Shown: piece after piece, positions 12,440-24,815 of the stretch | Layout: every line of letters starts with the position of its first letter | Position numbering within the stretch: position 1 is the first letter of the stretch | Assembly: GCF_018977255.1 (NCBI RefSeq) | Contig: NW_024705481.1 | Coordinates: 1-40,942, forward strand | From: Callorhinchus milii | Lineage: Eukaryota | Direction: 5' to 3' | DNA length: 40,942 nt | Made by a program: the position numbers and the translations under genes | Notes under the pieces: model-generated | Database searches by the model: none | Seen by the model: the letters and a program-made list of their open reading frames with translations, nothing else | Told to the model about the DNA's origin: nothing

Positions 12440-13849
12440 GTACGTCGCCGCATGTGAGGATTCACATCCCATAGGGTGCTTTCAAATGCTTTGGCAACTC
12501 AAAAGTAGCGTTTGGGAATTGGTACCATGATGCCCACGCTGTGCTCCGAATAACGACACGGGGACCATTTGGAGTCCACTTCCATGCAGACGGCGTTCAG
12601 TGTTCATGAGCAACGTGTGCGCAGGATTAACCAGGGCGCGGCCCACTGGGGTCTGAACCACAAACTGCTCCAACAAGCCGCAAGGTCACAAGAGTGCCTC
12701 AGTCAAATCTCACCTGTGTATTTTAATCTCACCCTGATTAAATCACACGCCGACGGCATTCACGTCAGAGAGTCAATGTTAGAATAACACGGTTATAAGG
12801 CGCACGGTGAAGCCGTTGTTTCTGTTATTACAAGCACGGCTAATATTTAACTATTTGTTATTACAGTTTTTATTTTACCAGGTAAGTTCCCCACTGAGCT
12901 ATGTAGCTCTTTTTAAGAAGTGACCTGGCACAAATGATAGCTCAACGAAGTGGCTTATCACGTGGAAATTTATAGCAGTCAAACACTCTAAACGCGTGAC
13001 GTTGATTCTAAACTTGGAGGGAAACCCGTAGGACCCGGAGAAAAATCAGCATGACCACGAGAAGAGAGAGACTTGCAAACTCCAAATATACAGCAGGCGT
13101 CAGGGTCTGGATCGAACTCACAACCTCCTGTAAACCGGATGTAGGTAGTTAACATCTTGTCACCGTGGCACCCAAATATGAATGGTTCACCAAGAAAATC
13201 GAACAAAAGCTCAAAAGTGTGCAGAGAAGCACGGGGAAGTGCGTGCGTGTAATTGCATTCAGAGACGCAGAAAGGAATGCACGTGAAAGGAATCGAGCCC
13301 ACGCCATGTTCAGCGAGGTGTCTATATTGGACAACCTCACAAGGTAACGTCCCCGGTCATATGGCAAATAACATGCTACGCTTCAGCACTGCATCCACAA
13401 CTCCCTCCGCCTCTCTTTGCTCTCTGCTCTTATACCCCCGGTCCACATTGCTTGCCAGTCACTCATTGTCCGGGACTTAGTCTCACATTGTGATTAACTG
13501 GCCAAGCGTATTTAAGTTCCCTACTTAATCCCCACCCAGGGGCTTTTGCTCCAGGTTATGATGAACTGCCCCCGGTGCCGCCCGAGTCTCCCAACACGTG
13601 GTATAGGGAAGACGGGCGGCTCAGGGATGCCGCATTGAACGTCAGCCTCAGTGAGTGGACCTTGGGCACGACGCGTCGTATCCAGGCCTGGATGATAGCC
13701 GGTGGTCGAGACGAACGACGGAGCAACAGCACGAGATGGGAACGTGCTCAGCAAGACGTCGAGTTTGAAGCGATGACATCAGCTCGAACTGCAAGCTGCA
13801 GCGTTGTACAAAGAACTATTGTGGAACGTGCTGTGATGGGTATTGCAAG

Positions 13850-14265
13850 ATCCGACTGTGTCTGTCCAGTGCTCGCCGAGCTGCATTGGCTTCCGGTTGC
13901 TGAACGAATGCATTTTAAGTTCGCTACACACAAAGTGTTTGCCACAAATGAAACACTACCATTGGTGATCTCGTCAAGGAACATGAACCATTACACAAAA
14001 TCCAGTCATCTTCGCAGTGGCTTTTGGCTAGCCATTAATTAAAGATGGTCACTGCAACGCACACTTTCAGATGCACTTCTGCGGTCGTTTGGAATGCGCT
14101 TCCTTCTGAGATTAGAAAGCTACTGGCGCTATACACTTTTAAATCTAGATTGAAAACTCATATCTTTAGAACTGCTTTTGTGTTTAGTTTGTTGCCCTTT
14201 CCCCACATCTCGGAATTGCACGGTTGGCTATGTACGGTGCGAAAGAGGTTCAACATACATACAGC
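13850..14265 (+). mobile_element. 3' end of an L2/CR1-type LINE
   Basis: Remnants PVLAELHWLPVAERMHFK and WNALPSEIR..FKSRLKTHIF. The 3' tail recurs near 10580-10660, 15450-15530, 17910-18050 and 37740-37845 (-). Confidence 0.75.
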
Positions 14266-14449
14266 TCACGTTTAAGAATGCATCACATGACCATGAGGGA
14301 TGTCGACGGAATAGGGAGGCCTTCATCCAGCAGTGGATAACTCATTGCTAATGATGAAGACAGCTTAGACTCAGACTGGAAAGGCCCCCAGTGGACTTAA
14401 CGGCTCTGTTCTATGGAGGACCATAGCCCAGAGCGTTGGCACTGGTGAC

Positions 14450-14795
14450 ATTTACATAGAGTTAGATAAAGATCCATAGAGTTACATACAGAGCCATAGA
14501 ATTGGGTAGATATCCATAGTTACATGGATATCTATAGAGTTACGTAGAGATCCCTAAAGTTAGATACATATCAATAGAGTTACTTAGAGATCCACAGAGT
14601 TACTTAGAGATCCATAGAGTTACTTAGAGATCCATAGAGTTACTTAGAGATCCATAGAGTTACTTAGAGATCCATCGAATTACATAGAGATCCATAGAGT
14701 TACATAGAGTTACATAGAAATTAATAGACTTACATAGAGATCCATAGAGTTTCATAGAGAGCCATAGAGTTATATAGACATATATAGAGTTATTG
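14450..14795. repeat. Minisatellite, ~20-bp unit (GAGTTACTTAGAGATCCATA)
   Basis: Directly visible tandem array. Confidence 0.9.
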
Positions 14796-14911
14796 AGAGT
14801 TCCATTAACACAAGTGACCTTTGCTCATCAGCAGGGCTATCGTAACATTGTTCGCAGGTGTTTACAGCACTCACTCGCTCGACCATGTTTGCCATCTGGT
14901 CTGCCTCTCAG

Positions 14912-14998
14912 GATTCCTACGAGAGCGAATGGGACTATGTTCGTCTCATGGGGGAGATCATCACGGTGCTGGGAGCCATCGCCATCTTCATTACAGAG
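14912..14998 (+). CDS. TRPV6: TRPV5/6-like exon, S2 (DSYESEWDYVRLMGEIITVLGAIAIFITE)
   Basis: ctctcag|GAT and GAG|gttggt; 87 nt, phase 0-0; resembles TRPV6 IRLVGELVTVIGA. Confidence 0.9.
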
Positions 14999-16168
14999 GT
15001 TGGTATCTCCATCATGGAGGTTGGTTTAACAATCACTGCTTCTTCCACCTTGTCGCTGTCATTGCTTACACAAGCACGGCCGCTCCACCTCTTCCCCTCC
15101 ACTCTGCAACGTACCGCATCCTCCTGCCTCATGTTATCTTCATCATCATCAGCCATGAATAATCCACTGCTTGATGAAAACCTCCCCAACACGCCACCGC
15201 CTCTCATCATCCTCCAAATACGACATCCATCCATCTCCACGGTGGACGTCCTCTTTCAGACGCGTTCCGTCCATGGGCTGCCGCTCCATTATTAGTCTCG
15301 GCCATCGGCCACTGCCCTTTCTAGCAGTAACGACACGTCCTGACCAAGCCACATACGTTCCGGAGCAGTTTGGATGATGTATTTACCTGCGTACGTTAAA
15401 AAATCCACGTGTTCCACTTTCCATCCCAAGGTTTGCATGAAATTCCAGATGTTTAAATCTAGATTAAGAGCTCATTTGTTTAGAACTGCTTTTTGTGTTT
15501 AGTTTGTTGTCTTTCCTCTGCACCTCCAAGAGAAAGAGACACACACTGAGGAAAAACTTGAATAAACTATTTTCATTAGTTCCTTCAGTCTGGAGAAAGA
15601 TGAACACACGGGTAGATTACATTATTTTTTTTCAATTCCATTTTAACATTGAGTGAGCACACGATAACAGAATTAGACTGCTCCAATTGTACGGTGAAAA
15701 TCAGCGAAAGTGCGATGTCCACTCTCAACATAAATATTCACGCAAAACGAGATGGCCGAGCAGCTCAAAAGTCAAGAGCGCTGAGGCAGCATCGCCGACA
15801 TCCTGGTGGGGTTCAAATCCGGGCAGTTTTAGCAGCCTGCGATTCTTAGACCAGGTTCTCAGGTGCCGCGAGATGATGTTCTCAACTCGGTCGTAAATGA
15901 CCTATGGCCAAAATGATTGTAATGTGTGCAATCAATGGCAGCTCTGAGCTGTGGGGTGATGAGCATCGCTCACTGTAGTAGGGTGGCGGGTGAGAGAGTG
16001 CTGCCCCTTACTGTGTGCGTCAGAGGTCACGTGACAAATCATTAGCGCATTCAGGACAAAAGTGTGAATTAATTCATGAATAATCTGGCATGAGATGTGG
16101 ACATATGCTATTTGTGCTCATAAGTTGTCTATCCGCTAAAATATCAAATACCTGTGTATATATGCATA

Positions 16169-16639
16169 TGTAGTGTCAACGATTCAGAGACAGAGTTTAT
16201 AGGAGGCACCTTCTTTATTAACCACTTCCACGGTCTCGTCCACGCACTCTCCACAGTAGCTTAGCCTAGCCTGCACACAACACTAGCCGTCTAACACTGA
16301 CGGCACTGACTGAGATAGCCAACTACTATCCTTCGTAGCGCAATAAAAGACGTGAGCGACGACGGCGACGAGACGACAGCAATGACAGCAACGACGAGAC
16401 AAGTCCACTCCCAGAACCGGCCGCCTCGAGCTCCGCTCTCGGCTCCTTTCATGCTACTGACCACACCTCCCTTCTCGAACCCACTGGCCGGTTACAGGGG
16501 CCTCCAGATGGGGTCCTCTATGACCCGTGCCCTAGTTTCTCCACTCTGCTAACACACCGTGCACACTCTCACCGGCGTGTGCACTGTCTGTCCACCACAG
16601 TTGCCAATGCCGTCCACCAGCTGGCGCTATTACACTACA
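16169..16639 (-). mobile_element. Probable solo LTR (471 bp)
   Basis: TGTAGTGT...ACACTACA 8-bp inverted ends, near-TSD CATA/CATC, and a minus-strand AATAAA close to the left end. Confidence 0.55.
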
Positions 16640-16695
16640 CATCGATGTGCATGAACGTGATGTTTTTGGTACGGGTGTTGCTTTGTATATTCCAG

Positions 16696-16773
16696 ATCCT
16701 CTACCTGATGAAAAACGGCCCGAAAAAAATACTTTGGGAATACGGTGACAGGAGGGCCCTTCCACGCAATCAT
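16696..16773 (+). CDS. TRPV6: TRPV5/6-like exon, S2-S3 linker (ILYLMKNGPKK/YFGNTVTGGPFHAI)
   Basis: ttccag|ATC and AT|gtgagt. The GGPFH motif is in frame only if one A of the A7 run at 16723-16729 is removed. Confidence 0.85.
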
Positions 16774-17372
16774 GTGAGTGCTTTGGTTTTTGCGTGGTGT
16801 AGGCCTGCGCACGAGGGCTCCATCTCCACACAAAACACGCTCGCGGACTTGACGCACAGCAGCTACTCTACATCACGTAACGTCAGTGTGTGTGTGAGCA
16901 GCGCCTCTGTCCTGTATCAGTCGTGTATATGATTCCATACTGGTCGACTGATCACACATAAAAGTGGACTTTTTACTCGGGTCTCAAATCTGTCATAGTA
17001 ACCTTGACATACGTACTTTAGCTGTGCGAGATTCGCTTGAACGAGCCCAATTCACTTCCACCAGATCGATTGTAAACACACATGGAGGTGTGCAGCATTG
17101 GCATGTACAAAGGCTCACAGCCTTGTCCAGACCAGCTGCTAAAAAAACTGAATGCATGGCCACGTTGCCTTTGAGTCCACCAACTCAAACAGAAAATGTA
17201 GCCATCCCAACCTTAAACTTACCATCAAGTTTTGATTTAAAGCTTTCGTGACTGCAGGGATTCATATTCTTGGTTCTTTTGGTAAAGTCACGTAGAAGGG
17301 AAATAATAAAATAATAATAATAATTTAACAATAAAATTCTCACAAACCACAGCAAGAAAGCTGTGGTTTTCA

Positions 17373-17413
17373 CACCTGATGATGATCGCTTGTGTTGCAA
17401 TGGAAACGTCGCG
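17373..17413 (+). ncRNA. Degenerate hammerhead ribozyme motif
   Basis: CTGATGA-T-GATCGC-ttgtgtt-GCAATG-GAAA-CG-TC; core intact, but stem II is only 4/6 paired and stem I is damaged. Confidence 0.5.
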
Positions 17414-19158
17414 ATCATTTTTTTTATTTTTATTATTTTATTATTTCTCTCTACGTGACTTTACCGAAAAAACCAAGAATAGGAATTGCCATAAAGTGTT
17501 TAAAAACGGAATTTGTCCAAACCGACTTTCGTTTGCAGCTGATTAATTTAAACGATTATACAGCATGCTGATGGAATATTTCTCATTTAATCTGCAATGC
17601 GGTTGTCTTTGCTGGGATTTATGTTTGGTTCTCTTTGCTCAGGCTTGGACCGGCTCAAAATTGACTCCAGCTTCTGCCTGTGATGAGGGTTTTTAACGTC
17701 ACTGACAGTTTTTGAATTCTTTGTCATCTGATTCGTTGGTGTAAAATCCATTTTGTCCCTCTCGACAGCGGCACTCTCCGTGAAAGCAATGTGATCAGCT
17801 GCTGCAGAACGTTCTGAATTGGCCCCGGCTATTTACAGACACACACAGGGCCCCGCCACCTGTGATAGTAAATCTACTTGCCGACATCAGGAAGCCACTG
17901 GGACCTATGCATTTTTAAATCATCTCGATTGAAAACGCATTTCTTTGAAAGCTGCTGTTTTTGTGTTAAGTCTGCTGTCCTTCCCCCGCACCTCCGATTA
18001 GCGCGATTGGCTACGCACGTGCGAAAGAAGTTCAACGTGCATACATACGTACAGCCCGCACTGACCAGCGTGGTGAAGTATGGCCAACCCCCCACATGAC
18101 AGACGCCCCCAAGCCTCGGTCCAACATACGCCACGTCCTCGATCTCGTCCCTTATGCTGCACGTTCGGCGAGGCCCTGTATCCTTGTGGCTTAGGACTGT
18201 GATGTTGGGTAAGTAGTCTGTGGCACAAAGAAACTACTTTAATTTCCAGGAAATTCCCGTAAATATCTCTCCAGCGTTTCTAGCAAATTAAAGATGTCTA
18301 ACTTCATCACTCTTTCATCATCACCTTCCATGAGCAGATAGCCCCGTAGTGTGTCCACTGCACATTTCGTCATTTGTTTCCACTTTCTTCTCTGTCTCGT
18401 AGTGCCAATATACTCAAGTAGAAGTACCACATCTTTCCGGCATCAATCTCTTACGTCGTCATGTGCATTTGATTACGTTAATCTTATTTTATTCACGGCC
18501 GAAGTATAAGCACCATTTTGCCCAAACCCTCCTCCTTTATATCCAGGCCTGGGAACTTGCTCAGATATCCACCAGATCGCGGACCCCCGTGGCAGAGTTA
18601 ATCACCCTGTAGCTGGCACACATGCGCAAATGTGTCAGCGTCATCGTTGGCTGTGAACAAAACATTCCGTAGTGGTGCTGTTTGTTTGCTGGCTGCTTGG
18701 CACTTTGAGTCTTTAGCCCTGTGCTTAGTAAATCGTGACAAGAAACACTGCAGGATAAAGGTCTCTGCCAGCTGTTCGCTGCACCATCCCACGATGGAGC
18801 AACGCGCCTGGCTCCTGCACGCAAGCTAATTTAGGGTGCTGTGGTAGCGAGATGTTAACTGCCTCGCCTGGTATGCAGGAGGTCGTGGGTTTGATCCCGA
18901 CCCTGACGCCTCCTGTATATTTGTAGTTTGTGTGTCTCTCCCCATGGTCATGTGGATTTTTCTCCGGGTCCTACAATTTCACATTCAGGTGGTCAAGCCA
19001 AACAACCGCATCAGGAGCAGTGGAGTGTATTATCGCCGTGATGTCTCCTTCATATTTTGTGGATTGGGGAATTGCGTCGTTATACGGTGTACGGTCTGTT
19101 CTGGATGACTGCAGTCACACACTGCTACTGGAGAGTTTCTACTCCTCGCTGTGAGCAG

Positions 19159-19324
19159 GATGTGCTACAGTGTCCTGGTGCTGGTGATCGTGGTGCTGCG
19201 GGTGCTAACCAACGACGTGGAGGTGATCTTCATGTCGATTGCGCTCATTCTGGGCTGGTGCAACATCATGTACTTCGCCCGCGGCTTCCACACCCTCGGC
19301 CCCTTCACCATCATGATCCAGAAG
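19159..19324 (+). CDS. TRPV6: TRPV5/6-like exon, S3-S4 and S4-S5 linker ([14 protein letters not shown]...[25 protein letters not shown])
   Basis: gagcag|G and AAG|gtcggt; 166 nt; near-identical to the TRPV5/6 signature [25 protein letters not shown]. Confidence 0.93.
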
Positions 19325-19869
19325 GTCGGTGGAACGTTGCTTCCCATTCACTCGGTCACCAAACAGGAGGCGAGTGTTGTGTCAGAGGTCCTCTATCATG
19401 GGACCTTTCTTGTCAGTAACAAAGTATGAAAAAAAAGAATAGATTTTTCCATTTCTGGCAATAAAACAGGTGTTAAGATTTTTGAAACACCAAATAAGAT
19501 ACTTCTGCAAGGCATTAAGTCTGCATTAACCACACGTGCTTGTGGCAAAACCTATTGCCAGAGTGTTCTGATACTTGCTTTACCATTGTACTGTTCACCT
19601 TTTGGCGTTCTCTGGTCTAACACTGGTGGTGAGACAAGGCCAAAAAGAAGGTGTAGGCCAATCAGTTTCAAAGACAATGCATATATTATCAGAGCATGTT
19701 TGTTTGCATGTTCACCACAAGTACGTGTGGTTAATGCAGACTTGATTCCTTAATTGTTGTTTGAACATCTTAAACCCTCCTGTTTTATTGTTTGAAAGGG
19801 TAAAACCTATTCCAGTGCAGCAATGGCTTTTGTTTCACAAGTCCCACTGTCCACCACTCAGCCCTGTGG

Positions 19870-19937
19870 CAGAGGCGTAGCTAGGATATTTTGCACCCGG
19901 GGACGAACTATAAAATTGGCGCCCCCCCCCGCCCCCG

Positions 19938-19969
<32 letters not shown>

Positions 19970-21774
19970 TTTAATCACATTTTCCTAATACATCGAATAA
20001 GGAATAACAATTAAAATTTTAATGAAACATTGTATTTAAAGAAGCAAATTTATAGAAATTATATTACATGGCTCACTCAGTCACTGTCGTAGACTGGTTG
20101 ACATAGTCTACAAAAGATATTTTTTCTTGATTTCACTGTCGCAAACTGGTCAATCACGTAATCAAAATCTGTTTTTTCCAATGTTTCTCTTTCAACGCTA
20201 AGAAGAGCAAGATCGCTGAGACGATCTTGTCCCATTGAAGCACGCAAATACGATAAAATAAGTTTCAATTTGCTGAACGACCGCTCACAGCTTGCAATTG
20301 AAACTGCTATTGTTAATACAATTTGCAGTGAAATTCGCAAATTCGGAAATATGTCGTCTCCATAAAACACAATAAAACCAAGAAGATCCAAAGGAGTTTC
20401 TGGTAGAACTTCATTCCGGTTACTGAGCAGCATTTTGCAATCTCCAATTTCTGTGAAAAGTTCGTGGCCATTGATGTCGGTGTCATAGAAATTTCCAAAA
20501 TCTGTGCAATTTCGACGAATTGCATCGACATCTGTGTCGGATAGAAGAGTTTTGACGTCCAGCAGAAATCCAAATTTTGTGTTCAGGTCTTTTAGTCGTA
20601 AAAACCGTGTTGACATCTCCTGTTGAAGTTGATAAAATACGCTCTTCATAACGCGCACAATTTCTTCTTCTGCTGAAAGTCCTGCATCTCTTGCCAGTTC
20701 TCCTGGCATCTTCCGACGTCGCCTAATTCTTCTGTCCACATCGATCCCCCAGGCTGTGCATCTTGTTTTGGCGTTTTCTACAGCAACTTGGCTCAAATCA
20801 TCACGAAGCTTGACAAATTCATGCTCCAAAGATTCAAGATCAGTTGCTGCTTCCTTGAAATTCATAGTAGGATCCTGTAAGCGCTTCTGAACACGATCAA
20901 TTTTTCCAAGAATGACATTCCAGAAATGTAATAAAACTATGAAGTTAAAATTTAATACGCATGCCTGGAACTGTTCTGCATCACTTCTGGTTTCAGGCGT
21001 CATAGTTACGTCCTCCGATAATTTGTCTAGCAGCCCTACTAGTTCATCCAGTCCTTCATAGATAGCTTTAACAGCTTCTGATCGTGCACTCCAGCGTGTT
21101 TCAGACTCCCGCTTTACTGTGATGGGCACAGCTTTTTTAACTCTTCCCAACGAATTGTTGAACGAGAGAAAAACAAATATATACTTTCAACTGTTCCAAA
21201 AAATGTGACGACAAGTGGATCCTGTTTAGCTGAGTGTACTCCTGCTAAGTTTAAGCTGTGGTTGTCACAGTTGACAAACAATGCTCTGTGATTTTTGTCA
21301 CATATTCGTTGTTGAAGGCCGGATATATGCCCAGTCATCACAGCAGCATTGTCATAACATTGTGCTGCTAAATGAAGGCCACGCTATGTTGACGTGCGTG
21401 GGCTGCTCCGGCTGCTGCAGCCGCCTGGAGCGTGGTGTCACTAATAAGAACTAAAAATAGGCCGTCGTAGTTTCCGCCACCAAAAAACAGGCCAGTGACT
21501 AAGGCTGAAAGACTGCGCCTGTCTGTTGTTTGGGACGTTCTTCCATGTAAATTCTTAATAGGCGCGCGTACCAAAATGTAATTACATGACATGTAGGCTG
21601 TGTGTGGCGGGATATATAAACTTTTAGGTTGAGGTGTAGATTTGTGCAGTAGTTTCAGGCTGCCGCGCCCGCCGCAATAAGTTATAATGTAACGTTGTAA
21701 GCCTCATTTTGGCGCCCTTTACCTTGGCGCCCGGGACATATGTACCCCCTGCCCCCCCCCTAGCTACGCCTCTG
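19870..21774 (-). mobile_element. Internally deleted hAT DNA transposon (ZMYM1-like transposase remnant)
   Basis: Perfect 16-bp TIRs CAGAGGCGTAGCTAGG at 19870-19885 and 21759-21774 enclose the C-terminal half of a transposase. Confidence 0.92.
20077..21367 (-). pseudogene. hAT transposase remnant (C-terminal part, one frameshift)
   Basis: QCYDNAAVM, CDNH (CxxH), ETRWSAR and the dimerisation-domain ASCERSFSKLKLI..YLR..MGQDRLSDLA. Frameshift in the homopolymer near 21135; N-terminus absent. Confidence 0.88.
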
Positions 21775-21945
21775 ATCCACTGCTGGATGATTGCCTCCCT
21801 ATGCCATGTTTGACTAGACGTATCGACACCGGTCAGCGCCGGTTGGTGAGATGAGCCAGGACCAGTCCAGATGTCACTTGCCTCTGATGTGAGCCATGCA
21901 TGGGAATCGAACGTGGGTCACCAGGTTGATAGCGCAGTGCACTAA

Positions 21946-22327
21946 GGGGCCGTCCATAAATGACGTCTCGCGATTTTGGACGATTTTTGACCCCCCCCTC
22001 CTTCGTCACACGGCGTCACAAAAAGTCAGACCCCCCCCCCTGAAATATGACGTTACAAAACTCTGCCCCCCCCCAAAAAAAAAACATGCTTCAAATCGTT
22101 TTAAACAATTGTCATTGTAGTGCGTATTTAATGTGCCGCTGCACTCTGATGTTGTAGGAGAAAACATTTATTAAAAAGTATATTTAATCAAGTAGAACGT
22201 GTTGTCTATTTTATTTAAAGTTTCGCATTTTGATGTGATATTTCTCAAACCCCCCCCCCTCGTCACACATCGTCACAAACGTCTGACCCCCCCCCCCAGG
22301 TGCGTGACGTCATTTATGGATGGCCCC
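21946..22327. mobile_element. PIF/Harbinger-type MITE inserted in a SINE; a second copy lacking its right end lies at 26631-~27057
   Basis: TIRs GGGGCC(G/A)TCCATAAATGACGTC flanked by a TAA duplication (21943-21945 and 22328-22330). Confidence 0.85.
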
Positions 22328-24652
22328 TAACCACTGCACCACTGTTCCACCCGAGGGCGATAACTCAGAATAGATTTGTTTTTATTAATGTCTAAAAGTC
22401 ACCGGTGGCACTTAAGTGATGTACGGTATTGTTTTGGTTTTTATCGCAACGAGTAAAATATCACATTTTGGCGAGTACGTAAAATCTTTGGATGTATGCA
22501 TTTTCATCCGTCCTGTCACAGGGGGACATTCACCCCCATGTCTCTGTCATATCTCTACGGGTGTGGAATCTCAGAAATATAAATTTTCTTAAGATTTTCT
22601 TAACATTAAAATACCGTCAACAGGAAGTAAAATCCACTTTTTTCTAAATAGAATTTTTTTGTTTGTTACAGAAATAACAAAGTGCCAGATAAAAAAATTC
22701 ATCACAGACGTGAAGTTTAGGGAAATTGGGAGCTGCCGTAGTAGCAAACCTGTCAACCCCTTATAAGGGCCTAGCTTATTACAGACCAATTCAGACCTTA
22801 TTGGTCATCCGGTGCCCTGATAATCTCAACGTTCATCCTACAAAGTCCCATCACAAGCGAGAAACGCAAACAAATAGACAAAACTTAGTTTGCCCGGATT
22901 TAAACGGCTGTATGCCGTATGGACCTGAAAACTCAATTTTCCTATCCAAGAATACGAGTAAATGGTAATGGGTTGACACGGTATGTAGTATTATGGTTAG
23001 CACACTGGACTTGCAATTCCGAGGTCGCCAGTTCGCACAATCGGGATAAAATACGGAAATGAAAGAAACATTAAATTTTTCTCTCGCAATATGTATGAAT
23101 GCATGTTGAACTTCTATCGCGCCGTTCGTACGCCAACCGTGCAATAAATACAAAAATCAATAATTCTTCAATCTCATTTGGTTTAGATGACTCTTTCAGA
23201 TGACCTCTTGCAGCTATGTTTTTTTTACTCAATCCAATACAACTGTAGGCTTAAAATGAAATATGTATATAATGCAGACGTTTTGGCAATGGACCTCCTT
23301 GATAATACGCTATATAAACAGAGAGGCCAGGGAGATAGGGTGAATAAGAGTTGGAGACAACTACGCGCCATGGGACCTAATGTTCATGAAAACTTTTGTA
23401 CCATTTCTTGATGAGCGATTTTAATTTGTCATATGAATAGTTCCCCTATGAGTAGATGATAAGTAACAGACAAGCCCTTCAAAAATCAAACATGTATTCC
23501 TAAGTAAACTAATTATATTAAAAGTAGAATAATATATTGTTGGCGCACTGCATTATGGGTTACCATGTAGGAGTGTTGTCTCTGAATCATGAGCATAATC
23601 CACCGGGTGACGCATTCTTTACAAAATTTAGGATCAGAGGGCGTTTCACATAAAAAAAAATCCTGAACTTTGGAATCAGACTAGATGAATTTACAAGACA
23701 CCAAAACAACTGCATATAGTTTTAAATGTCCTTTTAGCCCTTGCTGTCCAATTTTACTGAGAAATCAAGGTGCGTTATGTAAACAAACGTGCGTTCCAAT
23801 ATGAGGTGCACATATATCAATCTCTCTGTGGGTTTACGCGGAATTCACCGTATTTATCGCCTAGTTATGTGCCATTAAAGAAGCGTGCCATTGCCCATTG
23901 TGTTGAGTTGTTTTGTTTTATTAGGTTCCGTGTGCTTGTGCACCACTTCCAGCGCAATATCGCCAAATAATGTTTCAATCTGCAGCAGTAATAAATTATA
24001 CATACATAGTAGCAGTGGCCAATTGACATGTTTTCTTTTTAACCATTCTTGAATTCTCTGAACGACAAAAGTCAATTTGTCTGCAACAATCCCCAACCTC
24101 CGCCGGCTTTGGACACATTCTCGACACACACGATGCCACTGGACTGAGGTGACGTGGAATGCGACTAAACCAAACTAACCGGTACAAGTGGCTTAAACAA
24201 GAAATGACATGCACATTTTGCTCGTTCTGAAAGTCCCGCGATTTAAGGCTGACCGGTTGTGTGCGCGTGCGTAGGGGAGCGGTCGTGTATCGATTAGCAC
24301 CCTGTGCTACGAATCCGGTGACCCGAGTTCGATTCCTGCTCACGACCAACACCGGTGACGAATATCTGGACCGGTCCTGGGCCTCCCTGGGCGTGGTGAG
24401 TAAACATCGTGACTAGGGAAACAAAGGCAGCTGGGCATGGTGCTGACCAGTGCCGGATTATTCTAATAGTAAAAGTAGCAGATGCTACGGGCCCCGCACT
24501 TTCAAGGGCCCCGCGCTAAATGATTTCAAGCTATCAATTCCGTTTCGATTTAAAGCTTTCGTGACTACAGGGATTCATCTTCTTGTTTTTTCGGTAAAGT
24601 CACGTAGAAGGGAAATAATAAAATAATAAAAATAAAACATTATAAAATAATT

Positions 24653-24697
24653 CTCACGACGTTTCGGCCACAACGCAAGCAGCCGTCCTCAGGTGAA
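24653..24697 (-). ncRNA. Minimal type-I hammerhead ribozyme motif, inverted copy
   Basis: Exact reverse complement of 24771-24815. Confidence 0.78.
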
Positions 24698-24770
24698 GAA
24701 CAGGTCTGTCGAGAAGACAGAGTCTGAATGACAGAGTCTGAATGACTCTGTCTTCTCGACAGACCTGTTC

Positions 24771-24815
24771 TTCACCTGAGGACGGCTGCTTGCGTTGTGG
24801 CCGAAACGTCGTGAG
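24771..24815 (+). ncRNA. Minimal type-I hammerhead ribozyme motif (Penelope-associated type)
   Basis: TTCAC-CTGAGGA-C-GGCTGC-ttgcgtt-GTGGCC-GAAA-CG-TC^GTGAG: intact core, 6-bp stem II (2 G-U pairs), 5-bp stem I and palindromic ACGT helix III. Predicted cleavage after 24810. Confidence 0.8.

Larger units (their letters stand above)
595..19324 (+). pseudogene. TRPV6: TRPV5/6-like Ca2+-selective TRP channel gene, 7 internal exons in window, frame-disrupted and apparently 3'-truncated (pseudogene, or assembly indels)
   Basis: Seven AG/GT-bounded exons translate to TRPV5/6 motifs in the correct order ([69 protein letters not shown]). Frame is broken at ~4751-4760, 12264-12265 and 16723-16729. Exact paralog (TRPV5/6 versus a cyclostome-specific relative) cannot be settled by eye. 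Confidence 0.75.

Noticed and set aside
19823..20014. Poly-proline ORF (also 32254-32520 and 33896-34111)
   Set aside because: Arises from poly-C or C-rich tracts in repeats.
20077..21150. 357-aa ORF as a host ZMYM1-like gene
   Set aside because: It lies between transposon TIRs, is intronless, frameshifted and N-terminally deleted.
19870..21774. hAT-induced adjacent deletion as the cause of TRPV truncation
   Set aside because: The two flanks appear to rejoin into one RTE-tail repeat, arguing against a large deletion at this site.
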